A stretch of 64,000 nt of DNA, from contig OY968762.1 in NCBI GenBank assembly GCA_963695225.1, forward strand, positions 2,432,001 to 2,496,000, written 5' to 3'. The position numbers were made by a program, and so were the translations under genes. This document shows, in pieces, positions 1-9,571 of the stretch (positions are counted from its first letter, which is position 1; every line of letters starts with the position of its first letter). The notes beneath the pieces are model-generated. The model searched no databases. It saw only the letters and a program-made list of their open reading frames with translations, and was not told where the DNA came from. This DNA is from Vulcanimicrobiota bacterium. Lineage in GTDB: Bacteria > Vulcanimicrobiota > Vulcanimicrobiia > Vulcanimicrobiales > Vulcanimicrobiaceae.

Positions 1-396
1 GAAATCGCCGTCGACGAACGTCCAGCGATCGGGTTCGCTCGTGATCGGCAAGAAGTACGTGCGGCGGAAATCGAGGAACTCCGAAAACGCGGCGCCTTCG
101 ATCGTCCGGTCGCCGAACGCCACGCGGACGTTCCCGGCGACGATGAAACGATTGAGCCGCAGATCCATTTGGAACGTGTTCCCGGTGACGCGCGTTCCGT
201 CCGAGAGCCGCACGTCCACGTCGCCGTCGCCGACGATCACGAAGCGGTCCGCGTAGAACGTCACTTGCTTGGCGCCGAGCGAGAGCGCGTCGCGCGAAAC
301 GTCGGCCGCTTGGGCGCGGGGCGCGACGAGCGCGAGCAGCGCCGCGAATGCGGCCAGCGCGACGAGGAAGCGCGGCGCGCCCGGGAAGCGGCTCAC
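1..396 (-). CDS. Exported protein with OstA/LptD N-terminal-like beta-jellyroll region (partial, runs off the window)
   Basis: Not in the ORF track. Translated by hand from GTG 396, which overlaps the glf stop (GTGA): MSRFPGAPRFLVALAAFAALLALVAPRAQA-ADVSRDALSLGAKQVTFYADRFVIVGDGDVDV...NRFIVAGNVRV. Signal peptide ends in AQA, and the frame stays open to base 1. Confidence 0.55.
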   Translation of the reverse strand, partial: MSRFPGAPRFLVALAAFAALLALVAPRAQAADVSRDALSLGAKQVTFYADRFVIVGDGDVDVRLSDGTRVTGNTFQMDLRLNRFIVAGNVRVAFGDRTIEGAAFSEFLDFRRTYFLPITSEPDRWTFVDGDF

Positions 397-1475
397 GGAG
401 CGCCGAGCCTCGCCGCGGCGGCGAGCGCGGCGCCGGCGACTTGGTCCATATCGTAATACCGGTACTGTGCGAGGCGGCCGAGGAACGTCACCCCGGGCGT
501 GCTCCGCGCGAGACTCTGGTATGCCTTGAAGGCCGTTTCGTTCTCCGGCGTCGGGATCGGGTAATACGGATCGCCGGCCGCCGAGGGATACTCGCGCACG
601 ATCGAAGTACCGGCGGCCGTTTGACCCGTCAGATGCTTGAATTCGGTGATCCGCGTAAAGGTCTGTTCGTTCGGATAATTCACGGTCCCGACGGGCTGGA
701 AGCGCTCGACGTGCGCGAGGTGCTCGTGCTCGAAACGAAGCGAGCGATACGGTAAGTGCCCGAGCGCGTAGGCGAAGTACCCGTCGATCGGCCCCGTGTA
801 GACGAGATGCTCGTAGGCGATGCGCGCGCGCACGTCGGCGAGATCGGTCGACGTGCGAACCTCGATCCCCGGCCGGTCGAGCATTCGTTCGAAGAGCGCC
901 GTGTAGCCGTCGCGCGGCATCGCCTGATACGCATCCGTGAAGTAGCGGTCGTCGGCGCTCGTGCGGACGGGGACGCGGGCGGCGACGCCGGCGGACAGCT
1001 TCTCCGGGGGCATCCCCCACTGTTTGGTCGTGTACCCGTAAAAGAACATCTCGTAGAGGCGCCGCCCGACGGCGTTCAGCACGAGATCTTCGCTCGTCCG
1101 CACGGGGTCGCGCGGTTCACGCAGGCTTTCGAGGAGCGCCTTCGCCGCCGCCTCGTCGAGCGCGCGGCCGAAGACCATCTCGAGCGTCGTGCGGTTGATC
1201 GGGAACGGGTAGAGCGTTCCGCCGACGGATGCGCGCACGCGGTGTTCGTACGGCCGCCAGGCCGTGAAGCGCGAGAGGTAGGCGAAGACGCGCTCGGAGT
1301 TCGTGTGGAAGATGTGCGGGCCGTAACGGTGCACGAGCACGCCGTGCGCATCGAGTTCGTCGTACGCGTTTCCGCCCACGTGCGGGCGGCGGTCGACGAC
1401 GAGGACGCGCCGCCCCGCCGCGGCGAGCCGTTCCGCGACGATCGCGCCCGCGAATCCGGCTCCGACGACGAGCAC
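393..1475 (-). CDS. glf: UDP-galactopyranose mutase
   Basis: VLVVGAGFAG FAD motif, HVGGNAYD, HRYGPHIFHT, YFTDAYQAMP, GRLAQYRYYDMDQ. Start uncertain (GTG 1475 or slightly upstream). Confidence 0.95.
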   Translation of the reverse strand: MLVVGAGFAGAIVAERLAAAGRRVLVVDRRPHVGGNAYDELDAHGVLVHRYGPHIFHTNSERVFAYLSRFTAWRPYEHRVRASVGGTLYPFPINRTTLEMVFGRALDEAAAKALLESLREPRDPVRTSEDLVLNAVGRRLYEMFFYGYTTKQWGMPPEKLSAGVAARVPVRTSADDRYFTDAYQAMPRDGYTALFERMLDRPGIEVRTSTDLADVRARIAYEHLVYTGPIDGYFAYALGHLPYRSLRFEHEHLAHVERFQPVGTVNYPNEQTFTRITEFKHLTGQTAAGTSIVREYPSAAGDPYYPIPTPENETAFKAYQSLARSTPGVTFLGRLAQYRYYDMDQVAGAALAAAARLGAP

Positions 1476-1513
1476 ATCGTATCGATCGATCGTTCGGCGT
1501 ACGGCCCGCGCTC

Positions 1514-2038
1514 CTACTCGAGGAGTTTCGCGTTCCGGTCCTTTTCGGAAAGGCGCGGCTCGCCTTCGATCGGCCAGACGATGCCGATCGCGGGATCGTT
1601 CCAGCGCACGCAGAACTCGCGGCTCGGATCGTGCAGTGCGCCGTGCTTGTACGCGAAGACGACGTCGTCGGCGAGCGCGAGAAATCCGTGCGCGAAGCCG
1701 CGCGGCACGTAGAGTTGCACGTGGTTGTGCTCGCTGAGGATGAAGCCTTGCCACAGGCGGTACGTGGGCGAGCCTTCGCGCAGATCGACGATGACGTCCC
1801 AGATGCGGCCGCGCACGCATTGCACGAGCTTGCTCATCTGCGGGTCGCCGTGCAGCCCCCGGATCACGTTTCGCGTCGAGAAGGAGACACTATCCTGGAC
1901 GAACTCGTCGGCGAGGCCCAGCGCGCGGTATTTCGCGGTCGAATAGGTCTCTTTGAAGAACCCTCGGTCGTCCTCGAATACCTCGGGTACGAAGAGCCGG
2001 GCATCCTGAAAGCGGGTCGCTCGAACCTCGATGGGCAT
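1514..2038 (-). CDS. rfbC: dTDP-4-dehydrorhamnose 3,5-epimerase
   Basis: DDRGFFKE, VQDSVSFS, IRGLH, DLREGSPT, PRGFAHGF, WNDPAIGIVWP, LSEKD motifs. Confidence 0.95.
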   Translation of the reverse strand: MPIEVRATRFQDARLFVPEVFEDDRGFFKETYSTAKYRALGLADEFVQDSVSFSTRNVIRGLHGDPQMSKLVQCVRGRIWDVIVDLREGSPTYRLWQGFILSEHNHVQLYVPRGFAHGFLALADDVVFAYKHGALHDPSREFCVRWNDPAIGIVWPIEGEPRLSEKDRNAKLLE

Positions 2039-2134
2039 TACGGTCGGGCTTACGCGGCAGCCTTGCGCGACCCTTCGCGCTGCGAACGCAGCGAGCGGGA
2101 GGCATCGAAGGCCCGAGTCCGAAGCGCGCTATAA

Positions 2135-3241
2135 ATGTCGCGTTGCCTGGTTATCGTCATCGATTCCGGCGGGATCGGCGCGTTGCCCGATGCCGCGCTG
2201 TATGGGGATAGTCCGGGCGCGAACACGATCGGGAACGTCGCGGAGGGCTGCGGCGGCCTGCACCTCCCAAACCTGGCGCAGCTCGGGCTCGGCTTGCTGA
2301 CCGGCGTTCGCGGAATCGAGAATCCCGCGCATCCCGCCGCATTCGTAGCGCGTTTGGCGGAGTCGTCGAAGGGCAAGGATACGATCACGGGCCATTGGGA
2401 GATGGCCGGGATTCATACGGACGTCCCGTTTCCCACGTATCCGAGCGGTTTCCCCGCCGAGATCGTCGATGCGTTCGCAGCGATCTGCGGTCGCGCGCCC
2501 CTCGGGAACGTCGCGGCCTCGGGGACGGAGATCATCGAACGGCTCGGCGCCGAACACCTGGCGACGGGCCGCCCGATCCTCTATACCTCGGCCGATTCCG
2601 TCTTCCAGGTCGCCGCGCACGAGCAGGTCGTTCCCCTCGCGACTTTGTACGAGTGGTGTGAACGAGCGCGGATCATGCTCGTTCCGCCGAACAACGTCAA
2701 CCGGGTGATCGCCCGGCCGTTCGTCGGCGTGCCCGGGTCCTTCAGGAGGACGGCGAATAGACACGATTTCGCGCTCGATCCCCCTGCGAACATCCTCGAC
2801 AAGCTGCAAGCCGCGGGGACGGCCGTCCACGCGGTAGGGAAGATCAGTGATATCTACGGAGGTCGCGGTGTCACGTCATCCGTGCGCGTCGCCGATAACG
2901 ATGAAGCCATGCTCCGCACCGGCGAACTGCTGGAGCATGTCGACCGGGGACTCATTTTCGTGAACCTGAACGATTTCGACACGAAATACGGGCACCGGCG
3001 GGACGTTCGCGGCTACGGTGCGGCGCTCGAGCGCTTCGACCTCGGCTTGCCCGCCGTCCAGCGCTTGCTCAAGCCGGGGGACATCGCGATTCTGACCGCC
3101 GACCACGGCTGCGACCCCACCGCCCCCGGATCGGACCACACGCGCGAGTTCGTCCCCTTCATCGAGTTCGGAACTCGCTGCGGCTCGGGGGGACGATCGC
3201 CGGCCTCGATATCGTCGGCCGGCGCGCCTTGGACGTATTGA
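2135..3241 (+). CDS. deoB: Phosphopentomutase (C-terminus probably frameshifted; corrected end would be 3261)
   Basis: VIDSGGIG, GKDTITGHWE, YTSADSVFQ, RVIARPF, DTKYGHRRD, TADHGCDP, DHTRE motifs. Confidence 0.93.
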   Translation: MSRCLVIVIDSGGIGALPDAALYGDSPGANTIGNVAEGCGGLHLPNLAQLGLGLLTGVRGIENPAHPAAFVARLAESSKGKDTITGHWEMAGIHTDVPFPTYPSGFPAEIVDAFAAICGRAPLGNVAASGTEIIERLGAEHLATGRPILYTSADSVFQVAAHEQVVPLATLYEWCERARIMLVPPNNVNRVIARPFVGVPGSFRRTANRHDFALDPPANILDKLQAAGTAVHAVGKISDIYGGRGVTSSVRVADNDEAMLRTGELLEHVDRGLIFVNLNDFDTKYGHRRDVRGYGAALERFDLGLPAVQRLLKPGDIAILTADHGCDPTAPGSDHTREFVPFIEFGTRCGSGGRSPASISSAGAPWTY

Positions 3242-3253
3242 CGGAGGCGCAGC

Positions 3254-3949
3254 GTGGTTGAGGTCCAGGACCGCCCGGTCGCGGCCCCTCCGGCGCTAGC
3301 TCCTCGGGCCGCGCGGACCCGGGTCACCGGGCGGCGCTCCGTGCCTGCGAGCTGGTGGTCGGCAAAGCGTGCGATCGACGTGACGCTCGGGGCCGTCGGC
3401 GTCGTCGCGGCCGCTCCGATCGTGGCGCTCGCCGCGGCCGCGATCGTCTGCGTCTCGCCGGGCTCCCCGTTCTTCTGCCAGGATCGAGTCGGTCAAAACG
3501 GCCGCCGCTTCCGCCTCTACAAACTGCGGACGATGGTCGACGGCGCGCACCTCCGGCACGACGAGCTGCGCCCTTATAGCGAGGTGAGCGGGCCCGTCTT
3601 CAAGATGCGCAACGATCCGCGGCTCCACTTGCTCGGCCGCTTCTTGCGGCGCACGAGCATCGACGAGCTCCCCAACCTCGTCAACGTGCTGCGTGGGGAA
3701 ATGTCGCTCGTCGGCCCGCGCCCGCCGCTCCCTTCGGAGGTCGCGTTCTACGACGATTTCGCCCGGCGGCGCCTCACCGTGAAGCCCGGCATCACGTGCC
3801 TGTGGCAGATCGGCGGCCGCTCGAACGTTTCGTTCGACGAATGGATGCGCCTCGACAACGAGTACGTCGACACGTGGACGCCGCTTGGAGATCTCGAGAT
3901 CATCGCCCGGACATTGCCGGCGGTCGTCAGGGGGGAAGGCGCGCATTAG
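3254..3949 (+). CDS. Priming polyprenyl-phosphate sugar transferase (bacterial sugar transferase family)
   Basis: KRAIDV, YKLRTM, DPRL..GRFLRRTSIDELPNL, GEMSLVGPRP, KPGITCLWQI. Confidence 0.92.
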   Translation: MVEVQDRPVAAPPALAPRAARTRVTGRRSVPASWWSAKRAIDVTLGAVGVVAAAPIVALAAAAIVCVSPGSPFFCQDRVGQNGRRFRLYKLRTMVDGAHLRHDELRPYSEVSGPVFKMRNDPRLHLLGRFLRRTSIDELPNLVNVLRGEMSLVGPRPPLPSEVAFYDDFARRRLTVKPGITCLWQIGGRSNVSFDEWMRLDNEYVDTWTPLGDLEIIARTLPAVVRGEGAH

Positions 3950-5558
3950 GCCGACGCTTCGCGCGGTCCCTTCGCCGCCGAACCGTCGCTCAGTCGCCGG
4001 CTCGACCTTCCTCGTCATGGCCGCTACCGCGGTGTCGACGCTGCTCGGTTTCGGTCGCGAGATCGTCACCGCGCACTACTACGGGACGAGCGCCGCGATG
4101 GACGCGTTCGTCAATGCGTCCACCATCCCGACGATCCTCTTCGGCGTCTTCAACGGGGCGCTCGTGAGCGCGCTCGTCCCTACGTTCAGCGAGTACCTGG
4201 CGCAAGGGCGCGACGACGAGGTCCGAAAGCTCGGCAGCACGGTCTTCAACGCGCTGCTCTTCGCGCTGACGGGGCTCGCCGTGCTGGGCTGGGTGCTGGC
4301 GCCGGTTTTCGTGCCCGTGATCGCGCACGGCTTCGACGCGCAGGAGCAAGGGCTCGTCGTCCGGATGGTGCGCTGGTTGATGCCGAGCATCGTCGCGACC
4401 AGCCTCGCCGGCGTCTGTGCCGCGCTCCTCAACGCGAACCATCGCTTCCTCGCGCCGGCGCTCCAGGGCGTTGCGATTAACGTGGTCACGATCGGCCTCG
4501 TCGTCGCCCTCAATCGCGAACTCGGGATCTTCGCGCTCGTCCTCGGGTCCTCGCTCGGGCTCGCGGCCCAGTTGCTCGTGCAAGTCCCGTCGATCCTGAG
4601 GAACGGCCTCTACCGGTTCGAACTCAACTTGCGCCACCCCGGGCTCGCGAAAACGTGGACGTTTCTGGCTCCGATCGTGATGGGGTCGGCCGCCGGCCAA
4701 ATCAATCTAGCTTTCGATCGCTACTTCGCCTCGACGCTCAGCGAGGGCTCGACGGCCGGGATGAGCTATGCCACGAAGCTCGCGTTCCTGCCGATCCAGA
4801 TCGTCGCGGCCGCGATCGCGACCGTCATCTTTCCGTTGATCGCGAGCCAGTTCGCGACGTCCAACCGGGTCGGGATCCGCCGCAGCGTCTCCCTCGGGCT
4901 GCGCATGGTCAGCTTCATCGCGATTCCGTCCGCCGCCGGCTTGAGCGTGCTCGCGTATCCGATCGTCCAGACGCTCTTCGAACGCGGCGCATTCGGGCCG
5001 GGAGCGACCGCGCTCTGCGCGAGCCTCGTACCGTTCGCCTGCACGCAGTTGATCGCGATCTCGTACAATACCGTGCTCGTGCGCGCGTGCTACGCCTGTC
5101 AGGAAGCGCGCTGGACCGTCCTTGCCTCCATCTGCGCGGTCGCGATCAACATCGGGCTCTCGATCACGTGGTTGCCGATCCTCGGCGCCCGCGGCTTGCT
5201 GCTCGCGAACGGCGTCAGCCAATTCCTGCAGACCGTGTTCTTGATCGTCCTCTTGTGGCGCTTGATCCAAGGCTTCGAGTGGCAGCCGCTGTTCTCGTCG
5301 ATCGTGCGCATCTCGCTCGCGTCGCTCGTGATGGTCGGCGCGCTCTACTGGATCGGCTCGCTCGGGTTCGTTCCCTCGCCGGCGCTGGCCTCGCGTGCGT
5401 GGTATCTGGCGGGCGTGCTCGCCATCGCCGCGACGGTGTTCCTCGCGGTTTCGCGAGCGCTCGGCGTGGAAGAGTTGACAATCGTGGTTCGGATGATCGT
5501 GCAGAAGTTCGAGCGCGGAGCGGTCAGCCCGCCTGAGAACCGCGGACCGCTCGCTTGA
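3945..5558 (+). CDS. murJ: MurJ/MviN-family lipid-linked oligosaccharide flippase
   Basis: STLLGFGRE, GALVSALVP, DRYFAS, LFERGAF; many TM segments. Start uncertain: first in-frame ATG is 4017, but similarity extends upstream toward an ATT at 3945. Confidence 0.88.
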   Translation: MRPTLRAVPSPPNRRSVAGSTFLVMAATAVSTLLGFGREIVTAHYYGTSAAMDAFVNASTIPTILFGVFNGALVSALVPTFSEYLAQGRDDEVRKLGSTVFNALLFALTGLAVLGWVLAPVFVPVIAHGFDAQEQGLVVRMVRWLMPSIVATSLAGVCAALLNANHRFLAPALQGVAINVVTIGLVVALNRELGIFALVLGSSLGLAAQLLVQVPSILRNGLYRFELNLRHPGLAKTWTFLAPIVMGSAAGQINLAFDRYFASTLSEGSTAGMSYATKLAFLPIQIVAAAIATVIFPLIASQFATSNRVGIRRSVSLGLRMVSFIAIPSAAGLSVLAYPIVQTLFERGAFGPGATALCASLVPFACTQLIAISYNTVLVRACYACQEARWTVLASICAVAINIGLSITWLPILGARGLLLANGVSQFLQTVFLIVLLWRLIQGFEWQPLFSSIVRISLASLVMVGALYWIGSLGFVPSPALASRAWYLAGVLAIAATVFLAVSRALGVEELTIVVRMIVQKFERGAVSPPENRGPLA

Positions 5559-6669
5559 CGCCCATCCCGCGCGCCGCGCGCGCAAGCTTCGCATCGCGGA
5601 CGATGCGCGCGACCGCGGGTTTTTCCAGCGCGGCCACGATGCGTTCGGCCGCATCGCCGAAGCCGAACAGCGGCGGGTGCGCCGCGGGGACGACAGGGGT
5701 TTCGTCCAAGAAGCGGGCGATCTGCTCCGGATCGGCGCCTACCAAGCGATTCCATCCCGCGTCGACCGTGTTCGTCCACTCCGTCGTATCCCGCAACGTC
5801 ACGCACGGACGCTCCGCGAAATACGCTTCGCGCTGCACGCCGCCGGAATCCGTGAAGATGACGCGCGCGTTCCGCTCCGCCTCGACCATCTGCAAGTAGC
5901 CGAACGGTTCGAACGGGACGATCTTCGGCCCGAGTTCGATGCCGAACTCCGCGATGCGCGCGCGCGTGCGCGGATGAATCGGGAAGATGACGGGATAGCG
6001 GGCCGCGTCGAACGCGCGAACGATGGCCGTCAATCGTGTGCGGTCGTCCGTGTTCTCGCTGCGGTGGATCGTGAGTAGATCGTAGGGCGCTCCGGCGAGC
6101 GCGGCGGCGGCCGGCGGGAGCCCGCCGAGCGCGTGTGGGAGCGATGCGCGGTAGATGTCGTACATCACGTCGCCGACGACGTAGACGCCGCGGCGGATCC
6201 CCTCGTGCGCGATTCGTTCCGCGGTCGCGTCGTCGACGACGAGGCAAACGTCGGCCAAGTGATCGGCGACGACGCGGTTGATCTCCTCGGGCATCGTGCG
6301 ATCGAAGGAACGCATCCCCGCTTCGATGTGCACGAGAGGGAGCAAGAGCTGTTTGGCGACGATCGCGCCCGCGAGCGTACTGTTCGTATCGCCGCGTACG
6401 ATGACGAGGTCGGGTTGCACGTCCTCGATCGCCGCTGCGAGCTTCTCCATCATCTCGCCGCACTGGGCGCTCGCGGGCATCGAACCGATCCCGAGATTGA
6501 TTTCCGGCTCCGGGATCGCGAGCTCGTCGAAGAAACGCTCCGACATGTTCGCATCGTAATGCTGGCCGGTATGCACGAGCGTTTCCTCGTGCCTGCGCCT
6601 GACGGCGCGCGAAAGGACGGCGACCTGTACGAACTCCGGCCGTGCTCCGATGATCGAGACGATACGCAT
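5524..6669 (-). CDS. Non-hydrolysing UDP-GlcNAc 2-epimerase family (WecB/WbpI-like)
   Basis: GARPE, HTGQHYD, GDTNSTLAG, HIEAGMRS, MPEEINR, TDSGGVQREA, LRDTTEW. Confidence 0.93.
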   Translation of the reverse strand: MRIVSIIGARPEFVQVAVLSRAVRRRHEETLVHTGQHYDANMSERFFDELAIPEPEINLGIGSMPASAQCGEMMEKLAAAIEDVQPDLVIVRGDTNSTLAGAIVAKQLLLPLVHIEAGMRSFDRTMPEEINRVVADHLADVCLVVDDATAERIAHEGIRRGVYVVGDVMYDIYRASLPHALGGLPPAAAALAGAPYDLLTIHRSENTDDRTRLTAIVRAFDAARYPVIFPIHPRTRARIAEFGIELGPKIVPFEPFGYLQMVEAERNARVIFTDSGGVQREAYFAERPCVTLRDTTEWTNTVDAGWNRLVGADPEQIARFLDETPVVPAAHPPLFGFGDAAERIVAALEKPAVARIVRDAKLARAARGMGVKRAVRGSQAG

Positions 6670-6850
6670 GCGCAGTGCCAGCCTTGGAACGCCGAAACTC
6701 CCGCAAAATGAGGACGTTCGTCCTACCTTTATGGCGAGGGCGGATCGACAACAGTTAGAATCACCTAAGAGGTATCCAGGGTGTCCGTTTCGCTACACCG
6801 GCCGTTCCGTCTTTTCGCCGGGTCCCCCCAAGAGAGGTCGCCCGTACCAG

Positions 6851-7984
6851 ATGATTCTCGACTCTCGGCGTTCCGTGTCGCTCGTCGCGCCGCTCGTAGG
6901 CGATAGAGAGATCCGTGCCGTCGAGCGCGTCATGCGCTCCGGCCAACTCGCCCAGGGTCCCGAAGTCGCGGCTTTCGAGCGCGAATTCGCGGCGGCGGTC
7001 GGTACCGCCCACGCGGTCGCGGTCAACTCCGGAACGGCGGCGATCCACGCCGCGCTCGAGGCGCTCGGGATCGGCGACGGGGACGAAGTCCTCACGACGC
7101 CGTTCACGTTCGCGGCGACGGCGACGCCGGTGCTCATGCAGCGCGCGCGCCCTCGCTTCGTCGATATCGACCCGCGCACGTTCAACCTCGACGCCGAGCG
7201 GGCGGCGGCGGCGGCGGGCGCTTCGACGAAGGCCTTCATCGGGGTCGACTTGTTCGGGCTTCCCTTTGATGCAAGCGGGCTGGGGGCTCTGGCATCCCGG
7301 GGCGTCGCCGTCGTGGAAGACGCGTGTCAGGCGATCGGCGCGTCGCGCGAAGGCGTTTTCGCCGGCGCGCGCGGGGTCGCTGCGGCGTTCTCGCTCTACG
7401 CGACGAAGAACTTGATGACGGGCGAAGGCGGCATGCTGACGACCGACGACGCGGCCGTCGCGGCCTCGGCCCGCCGCTTCCGGCAGCACGGGATGAGCGA
7501 ACAGTACGAGTACGTCTCGCTCGGATATAACTACCGGATGACGGATCTGATGGCGGCGATCGGCCGCGAGCAGCTCGGCCGCCTTCATCACGTGACCGAA
7601 GCCCGGCGCGCGAACGCCGCGTTCTACGATCGCGAACTCGCCGGCGTGGCCGGTCTCACGACGCCGTTCGTCCCGGCCGGCGTCGAGCACGCGTACCATC
7701 AATACACGATCCTCATCGATGGGAACCTGACCAAGAACGGTGCGGACCGCGGCGCGGTTCGCGCCGCGCTCGCTCGCGACGGAATCGCGAGCGGCATCTA
7801 CTATCCAACGACGTTGCCTTCGAATCGGTTGTTCGCGCAATTCGGCCACGGACCGGGGGATTTTCCGGTCGCCGAACGCGTGACGCAGCAGGTCCTTGCG
7901 CTACCGATTCATCCGAAGCTGACCTCTGAGGACCTTTCGTATGTCGGCCGGCGGCTTCGCGCCGCGGTCGGAGAGACGGAGTAA
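6851..7984 (+). CDS. DegT/DnrJ/EryC1/StrS PLP sugar aminotransferase (WbpE-like)
   Basis: NSGTAAIH, EDACQAIG, FSLYATKNLMTGEGGM, GYNYRMTD. Confidence 0.92.
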   Translation: MILDSRRSVSLVAPLVGDREIRAVERVMRSGQLAQGPEVAAFEREFAAAVGTAHAVAVNSGTAAIHAALEALGIGDGDEVLTTPFTFAATATPVLMQRARPRFVDIDPRTFNLDAERAAAAAGASTKAFIGVDLFGLPFDASGLGALASRGVAVVEDACQAIGASREGVFAGARGVAAAFSLYATKNLMTGEGGMLTTDDAAVAASARRFRQHGMSEQYEYVSLGYNYRMTDLMAAIGREQLGRLHHVTEARRANAAFYDRELAGVAGLTTPFVPAGVEHAYHQYTILIDGNLTKNGADRGAVRAALARDGIASGIYYPTTLPSNRLFAQFGHGPGDFPVAERVTQQVLALPIHPKLTSEDLSYVGRRLRAAVGETE

Positions 7985-7988
7985 CGCA

Positions 7989-8984
7989 ATGAAAGCGCTA
8001 CGGATAGGCGTTGTCGGATATGGTGCGATCGGCCGGCACCACGCCCGTAACCTGAACGGCCGCGACGATATCGTGTTCGTCGGCGTCGCCGACGAACAGC
8101 CCGAGGCGCGGGCAGCGGCGGCGGAGCTGGGCTACCGCACGTACTCGAGCGTCCAAGCGCTGATCGCAGCCGGGCTCGATGCCGTCGTCATTGCCGTCCC
8201 CACCTCGGAGCACGAAGCGGTGGCCGAGATCTTTGCCGACCGCTCGATCGCGATCTTGCTCGAGAAGCCGATCGCGCCCACTTTGGACGCCGCTCGCAGG
8301 GTGATCGCGCGTTGCTCGCAGCGCGGAGTCCCACTGATGATCGGCTACATCGAGCGCTACAATCCCGCGATGGAGGCCGTGCGCGATTTCGTCGCCGAGG
8401 GGAATCTCGGCCGCTTGATCAGCATGACCGCCCGCCGCGTCGGGGTATTCCCGCCGCGCATCAAGGACGCCAACGTCATCGTCGACATCAGCGTTCACGA
8501 CATCGATATCGTCGCGTTCATCACGAACGCGCGGCTCGAGTTGATCTCGGCGCAGGGCGGCATGGCCGTCCTCTCGGACCGGCTCGATTACGCTTCGCTG
8601 ATGCTCTCCGCCGCCGGTTGCGCCGTCTCAATCGAGACGAACTGGATCACGCCGGTGAAGATCCGCGAGCTCTCGATCACCGGGACGCACGGCTTCTGCC
8701 AGGTCGACTACATCACGCAGGACGCGCGCTTCGCACCGGGCCGCAGCTTCGAGCCGAGCGCCACGTACCAACAGCTTGTCGCGCAGTACACGGAGGGGAT
8801 GGTGCTCTCGCTCCCGGTGAACAAGCGCGAACCGCTCGCGCGGGAGCTCGAAGTCTTCATCAACGGCGTGCGCGGAGGGCCGCTCCCGGATCCGCGCCTC
8901 GCGATGGCTTCGCTGCGGATCGCGGAGGAGGCGACGGAGCTGATCCACAGCACGTTCAAGCCGAACATCGCGGTGATTGCTTGA
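7989..8984 (+). CDS. Gfo/Idh/MocA oxidoreductase (WbpB-like nucleotide-sugar 3-dehydrogenase)
   Basis: GVVGYGAIG, LLEKPIA, GYIERYNP, DISVHDID; lies between the aminotransferase and the acetyltransferase. Confidence 0.85.
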   Translation: MKALRIGVVGYGAIGRHHARNLNGRDDIVFVGVADEQPEARAAAAELGYRTYSSVQALIAAGLDAVVIAVPTSEHEAVAEIFADRSIAILLEKPIAPTLDAARRVIARCSQRGVPLMIGYIERYNPAMEAVRDFVAEGNLGRLISMTARRVGVFPPRIKDANVIVDISVHDIDIVAFITNARLELISAQGGMAVLSDRLDYASLMLSAAGCAVSIETNWITPVKIRELSITGTHGFCQVDYITQDARFAPGRSFEPSATYQQLVAQYTEGMVLSLPVNKREPLARELEVFINGVRGGPLPDPRLAMASLRIAEEATELIHSTFKPNIAVIA

Positions 8985-9571
8985 GCGAGGCGTTCGTCCA
9001 CGAGAGCGCGCTCGTCGAGCGCGATGTCGCGCTCGGAGCCGGCACGAAGATCTGGCACGACGCGCACATTCGCACGCGAGCCTCGATCGGTGCGCGCTGC
9101 GTCGTGGGGAAGGGCGTGTTCGTCGATTTCGACGTGACGATCGCCGACGATTGCAAGCTGCAGAACTACGCCTGCGTCTATCACGGCGTCAGCCTGGGGC
9201 GGGGCGTCTTCGTCGGGCCGCACGCCGTTTTTACGAACGATCTGCGCCCCCGCGCCACGGACCCTTCGTTCGGCCCGCTGCGCGACGGGGATTGGGAGGT
9301 CGGCTCGACGACGGTCGAAGACGGGGCCGCGATCGGGGCGAACAGCACGATCCTCCCGAACGTGCGGATCGGACGCTGGGCGATGGTCGGCGCGGGAGCC
9401 GTGGTCACGCGGAACGTCGGTCCCTACGAACTCGTCGTCGGCTCTCCGGCCCGCAGGATCGGCTGGGTCTGCGCCTGCGGAAGCCGCGTCGAGGAGGCGG
9501 CGGCGCGTTGCCCCCGCTGCGGCGAATTACCGGTCGATCATCCGCTGCGCGCCGCGCTCAATACCGCGTAA
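8981..9571 (+). CDS. Left-handed beta-helix N-acetyltransferase (WbpD-like)
   Basis: TTG start overlaps the previous stop; GTKIWH, CKLQNY, VFTND..PR, IGANSTIL, VGAGAVVT, GSPARRIGWVCACG...CPRC. Confidence 0.9.
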   Translation: MSEAFVHESALVERDVALGAGTKIWHDAHIRTRASIGARCVVGKGVFVDFDVTIADDCKLQNYACVYHGVSLGRGVFVGPHAVFTNDLRPRATDPSFGPLRDGDWEVGSTTVEDGAAIGANSTILPNVRIGRWAMVGAGAVVTRNVGPYELVVGSPARRIGWVCACGSRVEEAAARCPRCGELPVDHPLRAALNTA

